Assembly: GCA_033765145.1 (NCBI GenBank)
Contig: JANRIH010000038.1
Coordinates: 182,507-206,506, forward strand
Reading direction: 5' to 3'
DNA from: Hyphomicrobium sp.
GTDB taxonomy: Bacteria; Pseudomonadota; Alphaproteobacteria; Rhizobiales; Hyphomicrobiaceae
DNA: 24,000 nucleotides
Shown: one piece after another, positions 1 through 8,057 of the stretch
Layout: each line of letters opens with the position of its first letter
Numbering within the stretch: the stretch's first letter is position 1
Program-made: the position numbers and the translations under genes
Notes under the pieces: model-generated
Databases searched by the model: none
What the model saw: the letters and a program-made list of their open reading frames with translations, nothing else
Told to the model about the DNA's origin: nothing

Positions 1-1115
1 TGGATTGTCTCGTTGACCAGCCCGAATTCGACGACGGGGCAGATGTCCTTGATGAAGCGCGCGTCCGACGTGCCACCTCCGGTCGTGAGACGCGGCGTAA
101 CGCCCGTTTCCTTCATGATGGCGGCGCTGAGCGTATCGACGAGCGGCCCGGCGCGGGTCAGAAACACGTCGCCCGTTCCGGCAAATGAGAGGGAATAGGT
201 CGCCCCCGTCGCCGCCGCCGCGGCCTCGCATTGCAGCCGAACCCACTCTTCGATGCTCGGCCGACGCCAAAGGTCATTATAGCGGATATTGAATGTCGCT
301 CGCGCCTCGCCCGGAATGACGTTCGCGGCCGTGTTCGGAACAGAAATCACCGTGACCTGGCAATTCGAGCGCTCGAAGTCGGCCGTGCCCTCGTCGATCG
401 GTGTTGCCATGAGCCGATCGATGAACCGCGCGAGCTTCGGAACCGGATTGTCGGCCTTCTGCGGATAGGCCGCGTGTCCCTGCTTGCCTTGTATGACGAG
501 GTCACACGTCACCGATCCACGCCGCCCGATCTTGATCTCGTCTCCGAGACGCTCGGGATTGGACGGTTCGCCAACGAGGCAGGCATCGATCGTCTCCCCG
601 CGCTGGGAGAGCCACTCGACGAGCTTCACGGTTCCGTTGATCGACGGGCCCTCCTCGTCGCCGGTGATGAGGAACGAAATCGAGCCGCGGGCCGGCAGAT
701 CCCGTCCGCCGAGATGGCCCATGGCCGCGGCGACGAAGCACGCGATCGCGCCCTTCATGTCGACGGCGCCGCGGCCGATGATCTGCCCGTCGCGTTCATG
801 AGCGCCAAAGGGATCGGAGGTCCAGCGCGCGAGATCGCCCGGCGGCACGACGTCGGTATGGCCCGCGAACACGAGATGCGGGCTGCTGGTTCCGATCCGC
901 GCGTAGAGGTTCTCGACATCCGGCGTACCGGGCTCGGAGAACGTCACCCGATGGCAGGAAAATCCAGCGTGTGTCAGAAGACGTTCGAGCAGCGACAGCG
1001 CGCCGCCCTCCTCCGGCGTGATGCTCGGACAGCGGATGAGCGCCTTCGTCAGCGCGACCGGATCGAGCGCGTCGAGTTGCGTGTCGGCAGAGGAACGGGC
1101 GTCGGGCGGTGGCAT
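1..1115 (-). CDS. dapE: Succinyl-diaminopimelate desuccinylase (M20 peptidase); C-terminal end runs off the left edge of the window
   Basis: Absent from the ORF track because there is no in-window stop. Hand translation of the reverse strand from the ATG (complement of 1113-1115) gives MPPPDARSSADTQLDALDPVALTKALIRCPSITPEEGGALSLLERLL...HLVFAGHTDVVPPGD...WTSDPFG...GRGAVDMKGAIA...FLITGDEEG... The frame stays open to position 1. The H-x-D, D-M-K-G and G-D-E-E motifs are those of DapE/ArgE M20 metallopeptidases. It lies next to dapD. Confidence 0.9.
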   Translation of the reverse strand, partial: MPPPDARSSADTQLDALDPVALTKALIRCPSITPEEGGALSLLERLLTHAGFSCHRVTFSEPGTPDVENLYARIGTSSPHLVFAGHTDVVPPGDLARWTSDPFGAHERDGQIIGRGAVDMKGAIACFVAAAMGHLGGRDLPARGSISFLITGDEEGPSINGTVKLVEWLSQRGETIDACLVGEPSNPERLGDEIKIGRRGSVTCDLVIQGKQGHAAYPQKADNPVPKLARFIDRLMATPIDEGTADFERSNCQVTVISVPNTAANVIPGEARATFNIRYNDLWRRPSIEEWVRLQCEAAAAATGATYSLSFAGTGDVFLTRAGPLVDTLSAAIMKETGVTPRLTTGGGTSDARFIKDICPVVEFGLVNETI

Positions 1116-1306
1116 GATCTCTCGCGCGCAAAATTCGGCGGCACCCTAGTTCCCTTCGGCCAGAGATGGAACCACGCCGTCGACGGGCTCGATGGACATG
1201 TATGCGGCCATTGGGGTCGGTCTATCGCCACAAGAACCCGAGCCACCGGCCCCTCACCAGCGAACACCCACGGATAGGTCGTTGATCGGGACGCCAGTCG
1301 AAGGGG

Positions 1307-1615
1307 TCAACCTTGCAAACGGCGCTTGCCGAAGGCAGTTGAAACATGGCGCCGGTCCCGAGGGCCAGAGCGCCGGTCGCCGGCATCGGGAAGAGGTCCG
1401 TCGAGCATCTCGCGCCGGTCCGGGAACGCGGCCGCGCGGCGGTCGACACCAACCTTGCCGGGCGATGTGGCCGGATGCGCCGACTTCAGTGCCGCGACCG
1501 CGCGGTCGATCGCGGCCTCGGCCGACGCGAACGCCGAACGATCGTCGATGTCGTCGGCTACAATATCGGCGGCTTGATCGTTGCCGGCGGCTGCCTCGAG
1601 CAGCTTTTTGAACAT
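1307..1615 (-). CDS. Hypothetical small protein between dapD and dapE
   Basis: Track ORF 1307..1621 (GTG); the ATG two codons in gives MFKKLLEAAAGNDQAADIVADDIDDRSAFASAEAAIDRAVAALK... The first two thirds are G/C-rich at third codon positions. The C-terminal tail is Arg-rich and less convincing. No family recognised and the SD is weak. Confidence 0.35.
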   Translation of the reverse strand: MFKKLLEAAAGNDQAADIVADDIDDRSAFASAEAAIDRAVAALKSAHPATSPGKVGVDRRAAAFPDRREMLDGPLPDAGDRRSGPRDRRHVSTAFGKRRLQG

Positions 1616-1715
1616 GCCCACGGGTTCTATCCGTCGAGAAAGCTCGGAACACGGACGCCCCGCGCAACGAAGAGTTGGTGGGATCCGGACCTCTGATCAG
1701 AGTCCAGAATGTCCT

Positions 1716-2549
1716 TCAATCCCTTAACAGCTCGTTGATGCTCGTCTTCGAGCGCGTTTTTTCGTCGACCCGCTTGACGATGACGGCACAGTAGAGCGAG
1801 GGCCCGGGCGTCCCGTCCGGCAAAGGTTTCCCAGGCAACGAGCCCGAAACGACCACGGAATAGGGCGGCACGCGCCCCATGAAGCGCTCGCCCGTCGCCC
1901 GGTCGACGATCGTGGTCGAGGCGCCGATGAAAACGCCCATCGAAATAACCGATCCCTCGCCGACGACGACGCCCTCGACGACTTCCGAACGGGCACCGAT
2001 GAAGCAGTTGTCCTCGATGATCGTCGGGCCGGCCTGCATGGGTTCGAGAACGCCCCCGATCCCGACCCCGCCCGAGAGGTGCACATTCTTGCCGATTTGC
2101 GCGCAGCTCCCGACCGTTGCCCAGGTGTCGACCATCGTGCCCTGATCGACATAGGCGCCGAGGTTCACGAAAGACGGCATGAGCACGACGCCCGGCGCGA
2201 TGTAGGCGGAACGGCGCACGATAGCACCCGGAACCGTTCGGAAACCCGCCGCCTTGAACTCTGCCTCACCCCAGCCCTGGCACTTCGGTGCCACCTTATC
2301 CCAATAGAAGGATCCCGCCGGGCCGCCGGGTATGAGACCCATGTCGTTCAATCGGAACGACAACAGCACGGCTTTCTTCAGCCACTGGTTGACGACCCAC
2401 TGGCCGTCGCGCTTTACAGCCACGCGGGCCTCGCCACGGTCGAGCAGCGAAAGAGCCGTTTCGACCGCGTCGCGCGTGGCGCCCTTGGTTCCGCTGTTGA
2501 TTTCGGCGCGGGCTTCCCAGGCGGCGTCGATGGTGGCTTCCAGGCTCAC
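1716..2549 (-). CDS. dapD: 2,3,4,5-tetrahydropyridine-2,6-dicarboxylate N-succinyltransferase
   Basis: Track ORF 1716..2717 trimmed to the GTG at complement 2547-2549, which is preceded by GAGGAGA. The product starts [16 protein letters not shown]... and has a left-handed beta-helix hexapeptide region ([40 protein letters not shown]...[33 protein letters not shown]). The tail [10 protein letters not shown] is typical of DapD. Confidence 0.92.
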   Translation of the reverse strand: MSLEATIDAAWEARAEINSGTKGATRDAVETALSLLDRGEARVAVKRDGQWVVNQWLKKAVLLSFRLNDMGLIPGGPAGSFYWDKVAPKCQGWGEAEFKAAGFRTVPGAIVRRSAYIAPGVVLMPSFVNLGAYVDQGTMVDTWATVGSCAQIGKNVHLSGGVGIGGVLEPMQAGPTIIEDNCFIGARSEVVEGVVVGEGSVISMGVFIGASTTIVDRATGERFMGRVPPYSVVVSGSLPGKPLPDGTPGPSLYCAVIVKRVDEKTRSKTSINELLRD

Positions 2550-2718
2550 GCGATGATCTCCTCGGCATCTTGCGGTGTCCGGCCGGGTCTGCCGGCCGAA
2601 TTCGGCCGCGTTGTGCCGCCCCGCTTCCAGCGTGTCAATCGAACCTCCAAAGCCGTCTCTGATACGGACTGGCGCTGCACTCCGGTCACGGGAGGTGCAA
2701 ATCCGTCTGGAGGGCAAT

Positions 2719-2750
2719 AATGACCGTTGTTTTCAATCCCGACGGTCATT
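2719..2750. repeat. Perfect 9-bp inverted repeat AATGACCGT-N14-ACGGTCATT in the dapD / small-protein divergent intergenic region
   Basis: Read directly: aatgaccgt at 2719-2727 and acggtcatt at 2742-2750. It sits about 80 nt upstream of the 2829 start codon. The role (operator or RNA hairpin) is unknown. Confidence 0.5.
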
Positions 2751-2828
2751 TCGCTGTGAAACGAATCTCGGCACTCTCCCGCCGCGTGTGGGCGTAAACC
2801 AACTCAACGCCTCTCGGAGAACGACCTG

Positions 2829-3077
2829 ATGGCGAAAGCAGCGAAAAGCGCGAGCACGGGCACCAAAGCCGCCTCGGCTGCGGCGAAAGTCATGAAAAGC
2901 AAATCGGCGTCCAAGGATGAGAAGGCCGTCGCGGCATCGGCACTTACTCAGAAGGGAAGCGACGAGGGCACCAGCGCCAAGGTTGCCTCGTCGGCTGGCA
3001 AGATCCTGAAAAGCAAGACGGCCAGTAAGGAAGCGAAATCGGCCGCCGCTTCAGCGCTCATGCAGAAAAAGAAATGA
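2829..3077 (+). CDS. Small (82 aa) Lys/Ala/Ser-rich protein built from an internal tandem duplication; function unknown
   Basis: ATG preceded by GGAGA 8 nt upstream. The two ~30-aa halves align: AASAAAKVMKSKSASKDEKAVAASALTQKG with VASSAGKILKSKTASKEAKSAAASALMQKKK. No Cys or aromatic residues, so probably disordered. Confidence 0.6.
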   Translation: MAKAAKSASTGTKAASAAAKVMKSKSASKDEKAVAASALTQKGSDEGTSAKVASSAGKILKSKTASKEAKSAAASALMQKKK

Positions 3078-3207
3078 CACGAGGGCATTGAGGCCGCGGC
3101 AGCGAACTCAAAGCCTATAGATGAACACTACCATCACGGAGGCGTCGGGCGGCGCCAAGCCCTCTGACCGAAGCCGGGCGCCTCCGGATCGCGGACAACT
3201 CGTCCGC

Positions 3208-3852
3208 CTACTGCATCGCTTCGGCGATGATTTTTTTTGCCTCCGCGCTATCCCATTCCGCGGGACCAGGGAGCCGCCCGGCCTCCTTGCCGTCGGCGGT
3301 CACCAGGATGGTCGTCGGCATTCCGACGGCTTTGAGCGTGTTGCCGGCCCGCATGGTGGAATCGATATAGAGCTTGAGGTTCTTGACCCCGATCTCGTCG
3401 TAGAACTTCCGAGCCGCCTGAGCCCCGGCCCTGTCGAGGCTCAACGCGACGACCTCGAACCTGTCCGAGCCGAGATCGGCCTGCAGGCGGTCCAGGGACG
3501 GCATCTCGTGCCGGCAGGGCGTACACCATGTCGCCCAGAGGTTCAGAAGGACCGTCCGGCCCTTGAAGTCCGAGAGCTTCAAGTCGCGGCCGGCCTCGTC
3601 CTTGAACGCCACTTCGGCAAGAGCGATCGGCGGACTGCGCTTCACGAAGCCGATGAGACCGTCGGCTCCGTTGCCCTTGGAATCGGCGTCTTGACCGCCC
3701 TTGAAGGCCTCGATCTCCGGCGAAGAAGCGTTGTCAGCGGGTCCGAGCGTGACGTATACCGCCGCGAAACCGAGTGCGGCTGCGACGAGCGCCACGGCGA
3801 TGAGCCGCATCGCGCCCGTCGGACGAGCGCCCGCTCCATGATCTTTGTCCAT
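3208..3852 (-). CDS. tlpA: TlpA-family membrane-anchored periplasmic thiol:disulfide oxidoreductase (thioredoxin fold)
   Basis: Contains the [15 protein letters not shown] redox motif (CxxC) and an N-terminal anchor, [20 protein letters not shown]. Strong resemblance to Bradyrhizobium TlpA around [19 protein letters not shown]. Divergent from argH. The start is uncertain (ATG at 3852 chosen; TTG at 3873 and ATG at 3810 are alternatives). Confidence 0.85.
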   Translation of the reverse strand: MDKDHGAGARPTGAMRLIAVALVAAALGFAAVYVTLGPADNASSPEIEAFKGGQDADSKGNGADGLIGFVKRSPPIALAEVAFKDEAGRDLKLSDFKGRTVLLNLWATWCTPCRHEMPSLDRLQADLGSDRFEVVALSLDRAGAQAARKFYDEIGVKNLKLYIDSTMRAGNTLKAVGMPTTILVTADGKEAGRLPGPAEWDSAEAKKIIAEAMQ

Positions 3853-3911
3853 TTGTCCGTCCGATCCGGCCAAAGGGTTCCTCCACTTCCGCAGTCAGGA
3901 GATGTGCCAAC

Positions 3912-5321
3912 GTGACGATGAAGTCGGCGAACAAGATGTGGGGTGGTCGCTTCGAGATGTCGCCCGCCGAGATCATGGAGGAGATAAATGCCTCCATCGG
4001 CTTCGACAAGGCGCTAGCTCCACAGGATATCCGCGGATCTAAGGCCCATGCGGCGATGCTCGCCGACGCCGGCATCATAACGAAGGCGGACGCCCGCGAG
4101 ATCATCAAGGGGCTCGACCAGGTCGGCGCGGAGATTGCGGCCGGAGATTTCCCGTTCCGGCGCGAACTCGAAGACGTTCACATGAACGTCGAAAGCCGGC
4201 TGAAGGAGATCGCCGGACCCGCGGCGGGCCGCCTCCACACCGCGCGCTCCAGGAACGATCAGGTCGCAACCGACTTCCGGCTCTGGGTCCGCGACGAAAT
4301 CGACGCCATCGATGGCCTTCTCGCCCAGCTGCAGCATGCCCTGGCGGCGAAAGCCGAGACCCATGCGGCGACGGTGATGCCGGGGTTCACGCATTTGCAG
4401 CCCGCCCAGCCCGTGACGTTCGGCCATCACCTGCTGGCCTACGTAGAAATGCTGGCCCGCGACCGCGGTCGGTTCGCGGACGCCCGGTCACGGCTGAACG
4501 AATGCCCCCTGGGGTCAGCCGCGCTCGCCGGAACGTCGTTCCCGATCGACCGCAAGCAGACGGCGGGCGCCTTGGGCTTCGACCGCCCGATGGCGAACTC
4601 GCTCGATGGCGTCTCCGACCGCGATTTCGCGCTCGAAACGCTTGCGGCTGCGACGATTGCCGCCGTCCATCTGTCGCGGCTCGCCGAGGAAATCGTCATC
4701 TGGATGACGCCGCAGTTCGCCTTCGTCCGCCTGTCGGACCGGTTCACGACCGGCTCGTCGATCATGCCGCAGAAGCGCAACCCCGACGCGGCCGAACTCG
4801 CCCGCGCCAAAGTCGGACGCATTGCCGGCGCACTGCAGAGCCTCGTCATCGTCATGAAGGGTCTGCCGCTCGCCTATTCGAAGGACATGCAGGAAGACAA
4901 GGAAGTGACATTCGACGCCATCGCATCGCTCAAGCTGGCACTGGGCGCCATGGCTGGGATGGTCGGTGATCTCGAACCTGTCCCCGAGACCATGCACGCG
5001 GCCGCCGGGCGCGGCTATTCGACCGCGACGGACTTGGCCGATTGGCTCGTCCGTGAGTTGAAGATGCCGTTCCGCGACGCCCACCACGTCACGGGCACCA
5101 TCGTCCGCGCCGCCGAAACCCGCGGTCTCGATCTGGAGGCCCTGCCGCTCGACGTGATGCAGGCCGTCGACGAGCGCATCACGAAAGGTGTCTACAGTGT
5201 TCTTTCTGTTGAGAATTCTGTGAAAAGCCGCACGAGCTATGGGGGAACCGCGCCACAGAACGTCGCCAAAATGGCGCGCGCCTGGCTCAAGCGCTTGGAA
5301 AAGGCGAAAAAAGAGGGCTAG
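3912..5321 (+). CDS. argH: Argininosuccinate lyase
   Basis: 469-aa ORF beginning MWGGRFE...IGFDK.LA.QDI.GSKAHA.ML. It carries the fumarate-lyase signature [12 protein letters not shown]. The start is GTG 3912 or ATG 3918. Confidence 0.95.
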   Translation: MTMKSANKMWGGRFEMSPAEIMEEINASIGFDKALAPQDIRGSKAHAAMLADAGIITKADAREIIKGLDQVGAEIAAGDFPFRRELEDVHMNVESRLKEIAGPAAGRLHTARSRNDQVATDFRLWVRDEIDAIDGLLAQLQHALAAKAETHAATVMPGFTHLQPAQPVTFGHHLLAYVEMLARDRGRFADARSRLNECPLGSAALAGTSFPIDRKQTAGALGFDRPMANSLDGVSDRDFALETLAAATIAAVHLSRLAEEIVIWMTPQFAFVRLSDRFTTGSSIMPQKRNPDAAELARAKVGRIAGALQSLVIVMKGLPLAYSKDMQEDKEVTFDAIASLKLALGAMAGMVGDLEPVPETMHAAAGRGYSTATDLADWLVRELKMPFRDAHHVTGTIVRAAETRGLDLEALPLDVMQAVDERITKGVYSVLSVENSVKSRTSYGGTAPQNVAKMARAWLKRLEKAKKEG

Positions 5322-5429
5322 TGTCCACGGGCCTGCGGAAATTACTTGAACGAGCGGCGCTCGATCGAGCGAAATGTGTCAAGCGACGCGATGAATGTAC
5401 AGGCTGGAACCGAAGTGAGCGCGACACGC

Positions 5430-5633
5430 ATGTCCGGAATTGCGATACATCGCATCGCGGCTGTCGCTGCAATTGCGGCACTGTTGGGGGCCTGTGGCGT
5501 GAAAGGCGGCCTCGATGCACCGCCCGAAGCAAAGGCGGACAATACCGCGAAGGCGGAAAGCGCTCAGGGCAAGGCTGAAGGCGCCACCGGCAAACCGCAC
5601 CAAGGCTTCATCCTCGACGGCATTCTGCGCTGA
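5430..5633 (+). CDS. Small lipoprotein, LptM/YifL-like (lipobox followed by a G-x-K-G-x-L motif)
   Basis: Internal ATG 5430 of track ORF 5346..5633 gives MSGIAIHRIAAVAAIAALLGAC|GVKGGLDAPPEAK... LLGAC is a lipobox, and CGVKGGLDAP matches the CGxKGPL pattern of the small lipoprotein family typically encoded just upstream of lysA/dapF in proteobacteria. Confidence 0.65.
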   Translation: MSGIAIHRIAAVAAIAALLGACGVKGGLDAPPEAKADNTAKAESAQGKAEGATGKPHQGFILDGILR

Positions 5634-5669
5634 CCCTGTGGTCTTGATCGCCACGCCTGGCCCTATTGG

Positions 5670-6455
5670 TCACGCTGGCCGTTGCGCCGTCTCGCGCGCA
5701 AGTTCCAAAACATCGACGTCGGTCCGGTCGTCGGGGACGAAGGGCGAAATCGCGTCAACCGTGTGGCGCGCGATGTCGACCTGCCAACCCGCAGCCCGCG
5801 CCATCGCGACGAACGCCGCCTGATCCGGCCGCGCTGGATCGGTCAGCAGCGCGAAACCGCCGGGTTTCAGCACGCGATCCAAGATTTCCAGAACAGCCGC
5901 GTGGCTCTCTTTCGCGTAGAGCACGTCCGAACCGACGACGACATCGAAGGTCTCGCCGGACCGCCAGTCGTGCCAATCGACGACGCGCTGGCGGATGCCC
6001 TCGATGCCGTTGAGACGGGCATTGTCCCGCGCGAGAGCGAGCGCCTCTGCCGAATGATCGGTCTGCACGACGTCCGCGCCGAGGAAGCGCGCCGCGAGCC
6101 CCGCGAGGCCCGCTCCGGACCCGATCTCGAGCACGCGCCGTCCGGTGATGCGTTCCGCCCGCTCGGCGAGCGCGTCGGCCAGCACGGGTGCTGCATCCCA
6201 GAGAATGAGCCCGAATGGAAACGCGCCGAGCCGGTCCGATGCGCGCAAGAGGGCGTCGTGATCGAACACGCACGCGATCTGCCAGGAGCGCCCGGCGGAC
6301 TCGATCGCGACCGTCTCGATTGGAAGATCGGAGAGGTCGGCGGTGCCGGGCGCGATGTCGAGGGCTTGATTGTCGTCGAGGTCGGGGGCCTGGACAGTCA
6401 CGACGCCAGACCCCGAGCCGGCCGAGACCGAAACCTGGCACGTCGAGCGGCGCAC
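5670..6455 (-). CDS. Class I SAM-dependent methyltransferase (Methyltransf_16 / protein-lysine MTase-like)
   Basis: Motif I is VLEIGSGAGLAGLAAR, followed by the post-I acidic residue (VVQTD), then DVVVGSDVLY and LKPGGFALL. Convergent with the lipoprotein gene and divergent from lysA. The start is uncertain (GTG 6455 or GTG 6401). Confidence 0.8.
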   Translation of the reverse strand: MRRSTCQVSVSAGSGSGVVTVQAPDLDDNQALDIAPGTADLSDLPIETVAIESAGRSWQIACVFDHDALLRASDRLGAFPFGLILWDAAPVLADALAERAERITGRRVLEIGSGAGLAGLAARFLGADVVQTDHSAEALALARDNARLNGIEGIRQRVVDWHDWRSGETFDVVVGSDVLYAKESHAAVLEILDRVLKPGGFALLTDPARPDQAAFVAMARAAGWQVDIARHTVDAISPFVPDDRTDVDVLELARETAQRPA

Positions 6456-6535
6456 CCGGTGGGTTGCGTTCGTACCCCCGCTCCCCCTATAGCTCCGCCG
6501 GCCCCCATGAAACGCGTGTCGCGGACGTCCGGAAA

Positions 6536-7822
6536 ATGCATCATTTCACCTATATCGACGGCCGACTTCACGCCGAGAGTGTCAGTCTCGACCGCCTCGC
6601 GAACGAAATCGGCACGCCGTTCTACTGCTATTCGACGGCCACGCTCGAACGTCACTATCGGGTCCTTACGGAAGCCTTTCGCGGACAGAGGCACCTCATC
6701 TGCTTCGCCGTCAAGGCCAACTCGAACCAGGCCGTGCTGGCAACGCTCGCGCGCCTGGGCGCCGGCATGGATGTCGTGTCGGAAGGGGAGTTGCGCCGCG
6801 CGCGCGCTGCCGGTGTGCCGCCGGAGCGGATCATTTTCGCCGGCGTCGGCAAGACCCGCGACGAGATGGCCTATGCACTGACTGAGGGCATCCGCGGCTT
6901 CAATGTCGAAAGTGCGCCGGAATTGGAAGCCTTGAGCGACGTCGCGTCGGCCCTCGGTCTCAGCGCGAAGATCGCGATCCGCGTCAACCCCGACGTCGAT
7001 GCCGGAACCCACGCCAAGATCTCGACCGGCAAGAGCGAGAACAAATTCGGCGTGCCGTTTCTCGACGCGCCCGCCCTTTACGAACGCGCGTCCAAGCTGC
7101 CCGGGATCGACGTCGCCGGCATCCACATGCATATCGGCAGCCAGATCACGGACCTCGCGCCGTTCCGCGCCGCGTTCGCGCTGATGCGCGAACTGGCCCT
7201 CGATCTCCGCGCGAAGGGCGTGGTCCTCGAGCATCTCGACATCGGCGGCGGCCTCGGCGTCCCCTATCGCGGGGCCAACGATGTGCCGCCTCACCCGGAT
7301 GAATACGCCGCCGTTGTGAAATCGGCGCTGGGCGACCTCGGCCTCGAAATCGCTCTGGAACCGGGCCGCATGATCGCGGGCAACGCGGGCATCCTCGTCA
7401 CGCGCGTCATCTTCGTGAAGGACGTGGCCGGCAAGGCCGAAGCCGGCCGCCGCTTCACCATCGTCGACGCGGCCATGAACGATCTCATACGCCCGACGCT
7501 CTACGAGGCCTACCACGACATCTGGCCTGTCGAGGAAAAGCGGCGCAATGGCCCGCGCCGCATGCAGGACGTGGTCGGGCCCGTGTGCGAGACGGGCGAC
7601 TATCTGGCGCTCGAACGCGAGTTGCCGGATTTCGCCGCGGGCGATCTCATGGCCGTCATGACCGCCGGCGCCTACGGCGCGGTCATGTCCTCGACCTACA
7701 ACACCCGCCCCCTCGTGCCCGAGGTGCTCGTCAACGCCGACGCCTATGCCGTCGTCCGCCCCCGCCCCACCTATGACGATCTCATTGGGATGGACGTGCT
7801 GCCGGAGTGGTTGAAGGGGTAG
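6536..7822 (+). CDS. lysA: Diaminopimelate decarboxylase (PLP-dependent)
   Basis: Track ORF 6215..7822 trimmed to ATG 6536. The product begins MHHFTYIDGRLHAESVSLDRLANEIGTPFYCYS..., has CFAVKANSN (the PLP lysine), HIGSQI, GGGLGVPY, EPGR and CETGD, and is 428 aa, the typical LysA size. Confidence 0.95.
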   Translation: MHHFTYIDGRLHAESVSLDRLANEIGTPFYCYSTATLERHYRVLTEAFRGQRHLICFAVKANSNQAVLATLARLGAGMDVVSEGELRRARAAGVPPERIIFAGVGKTRDEMAYALTEGIRGFNVESAPELEALSDVASALGLSAKIAIRVNPDVDAGTHAKISTGKSENKFGVPFLDAPALYERASKLPGIDVAGIHMHIGSQITDLAPFRAAFALMRELALDLRAKGVVLEHLDIGGGLGVPYRGANDVPPHPDEYAAVVKSALGDLGLEIALEPGRMIAGNAGILVTRVIFVKDVAGKAEAGRRFTIVDAAMNDLIRPTLYEAYHDIWPVEEKRRNGPRRMQDVVGPVCETGDYLALERELPDFAAGDLMAVMTAGAYGAVMSSTYNTRPLVPEVLVNADAYAVVRPRPTYDDLIGMDVLPEWLKG

Positions 7823-8057
7823 GGGGCCGAATTCTCAGAACGCGACGTGAGCAGGCGGAGCGCGTTCAAGAGATCGACAGGCGCTGTTCGGAGATAGCTG
7901 CCGTCGCTGGCCTCCAGAAATCAGTAAAGAGATTTGCGCTCGGGCATGGCCGCGATAGCGTGGTTAGCGGACATCGAAACTGCTACTGCGGCGACGGCGT
8001 CACGCAGAGAAGATCCAGTGGCCGAGAGTTTAGCATTCTGCGGCGGGGACCACAACC

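Noticed and set aside
231-1277. 348-aa + strand ORF (and nested ORFs 484-801, 502-741, 796-1131, 13-198)
   Set aside because: It is antisense or off-frame to the clearly recognisable dapE reading frame on the - strand. The product is Arg/Ala/Gly-rich with no motifs, a typical high-GC shadow ORF.
2550-2718. Long dapD leader with a 16-bp palindrome CGGCCGAATTCGGCCG (2593-2608) and a GGTTCGATT T-loop-like string, checked for a riboswitch or tRNA-like element
   Set aside because: I could not fold a cloverleaf or recognise any known riboswitch core (for example the lysine L-box) by eye. It needs cmscan and is not reportable as a feature.
3121-3915. 264-aa + strand ORF
   Set aside because: It is fully antisense to the tlpA gene, which has an unmistakable thioredoxin CxxC motif. 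The product is Arg/Pro-rich junk.
5682-7516. 399-aa + ORF (5682-6881), 372-aa - ORF (6398-7516), and the N-terminal extension of the lysA ORF back to 6215
   Set aside because: These are antisense to the methyltransferase and to lysA respectively. The lysA extension is Arg-rich and precedes the conserved MHHFTY... start at 6536.
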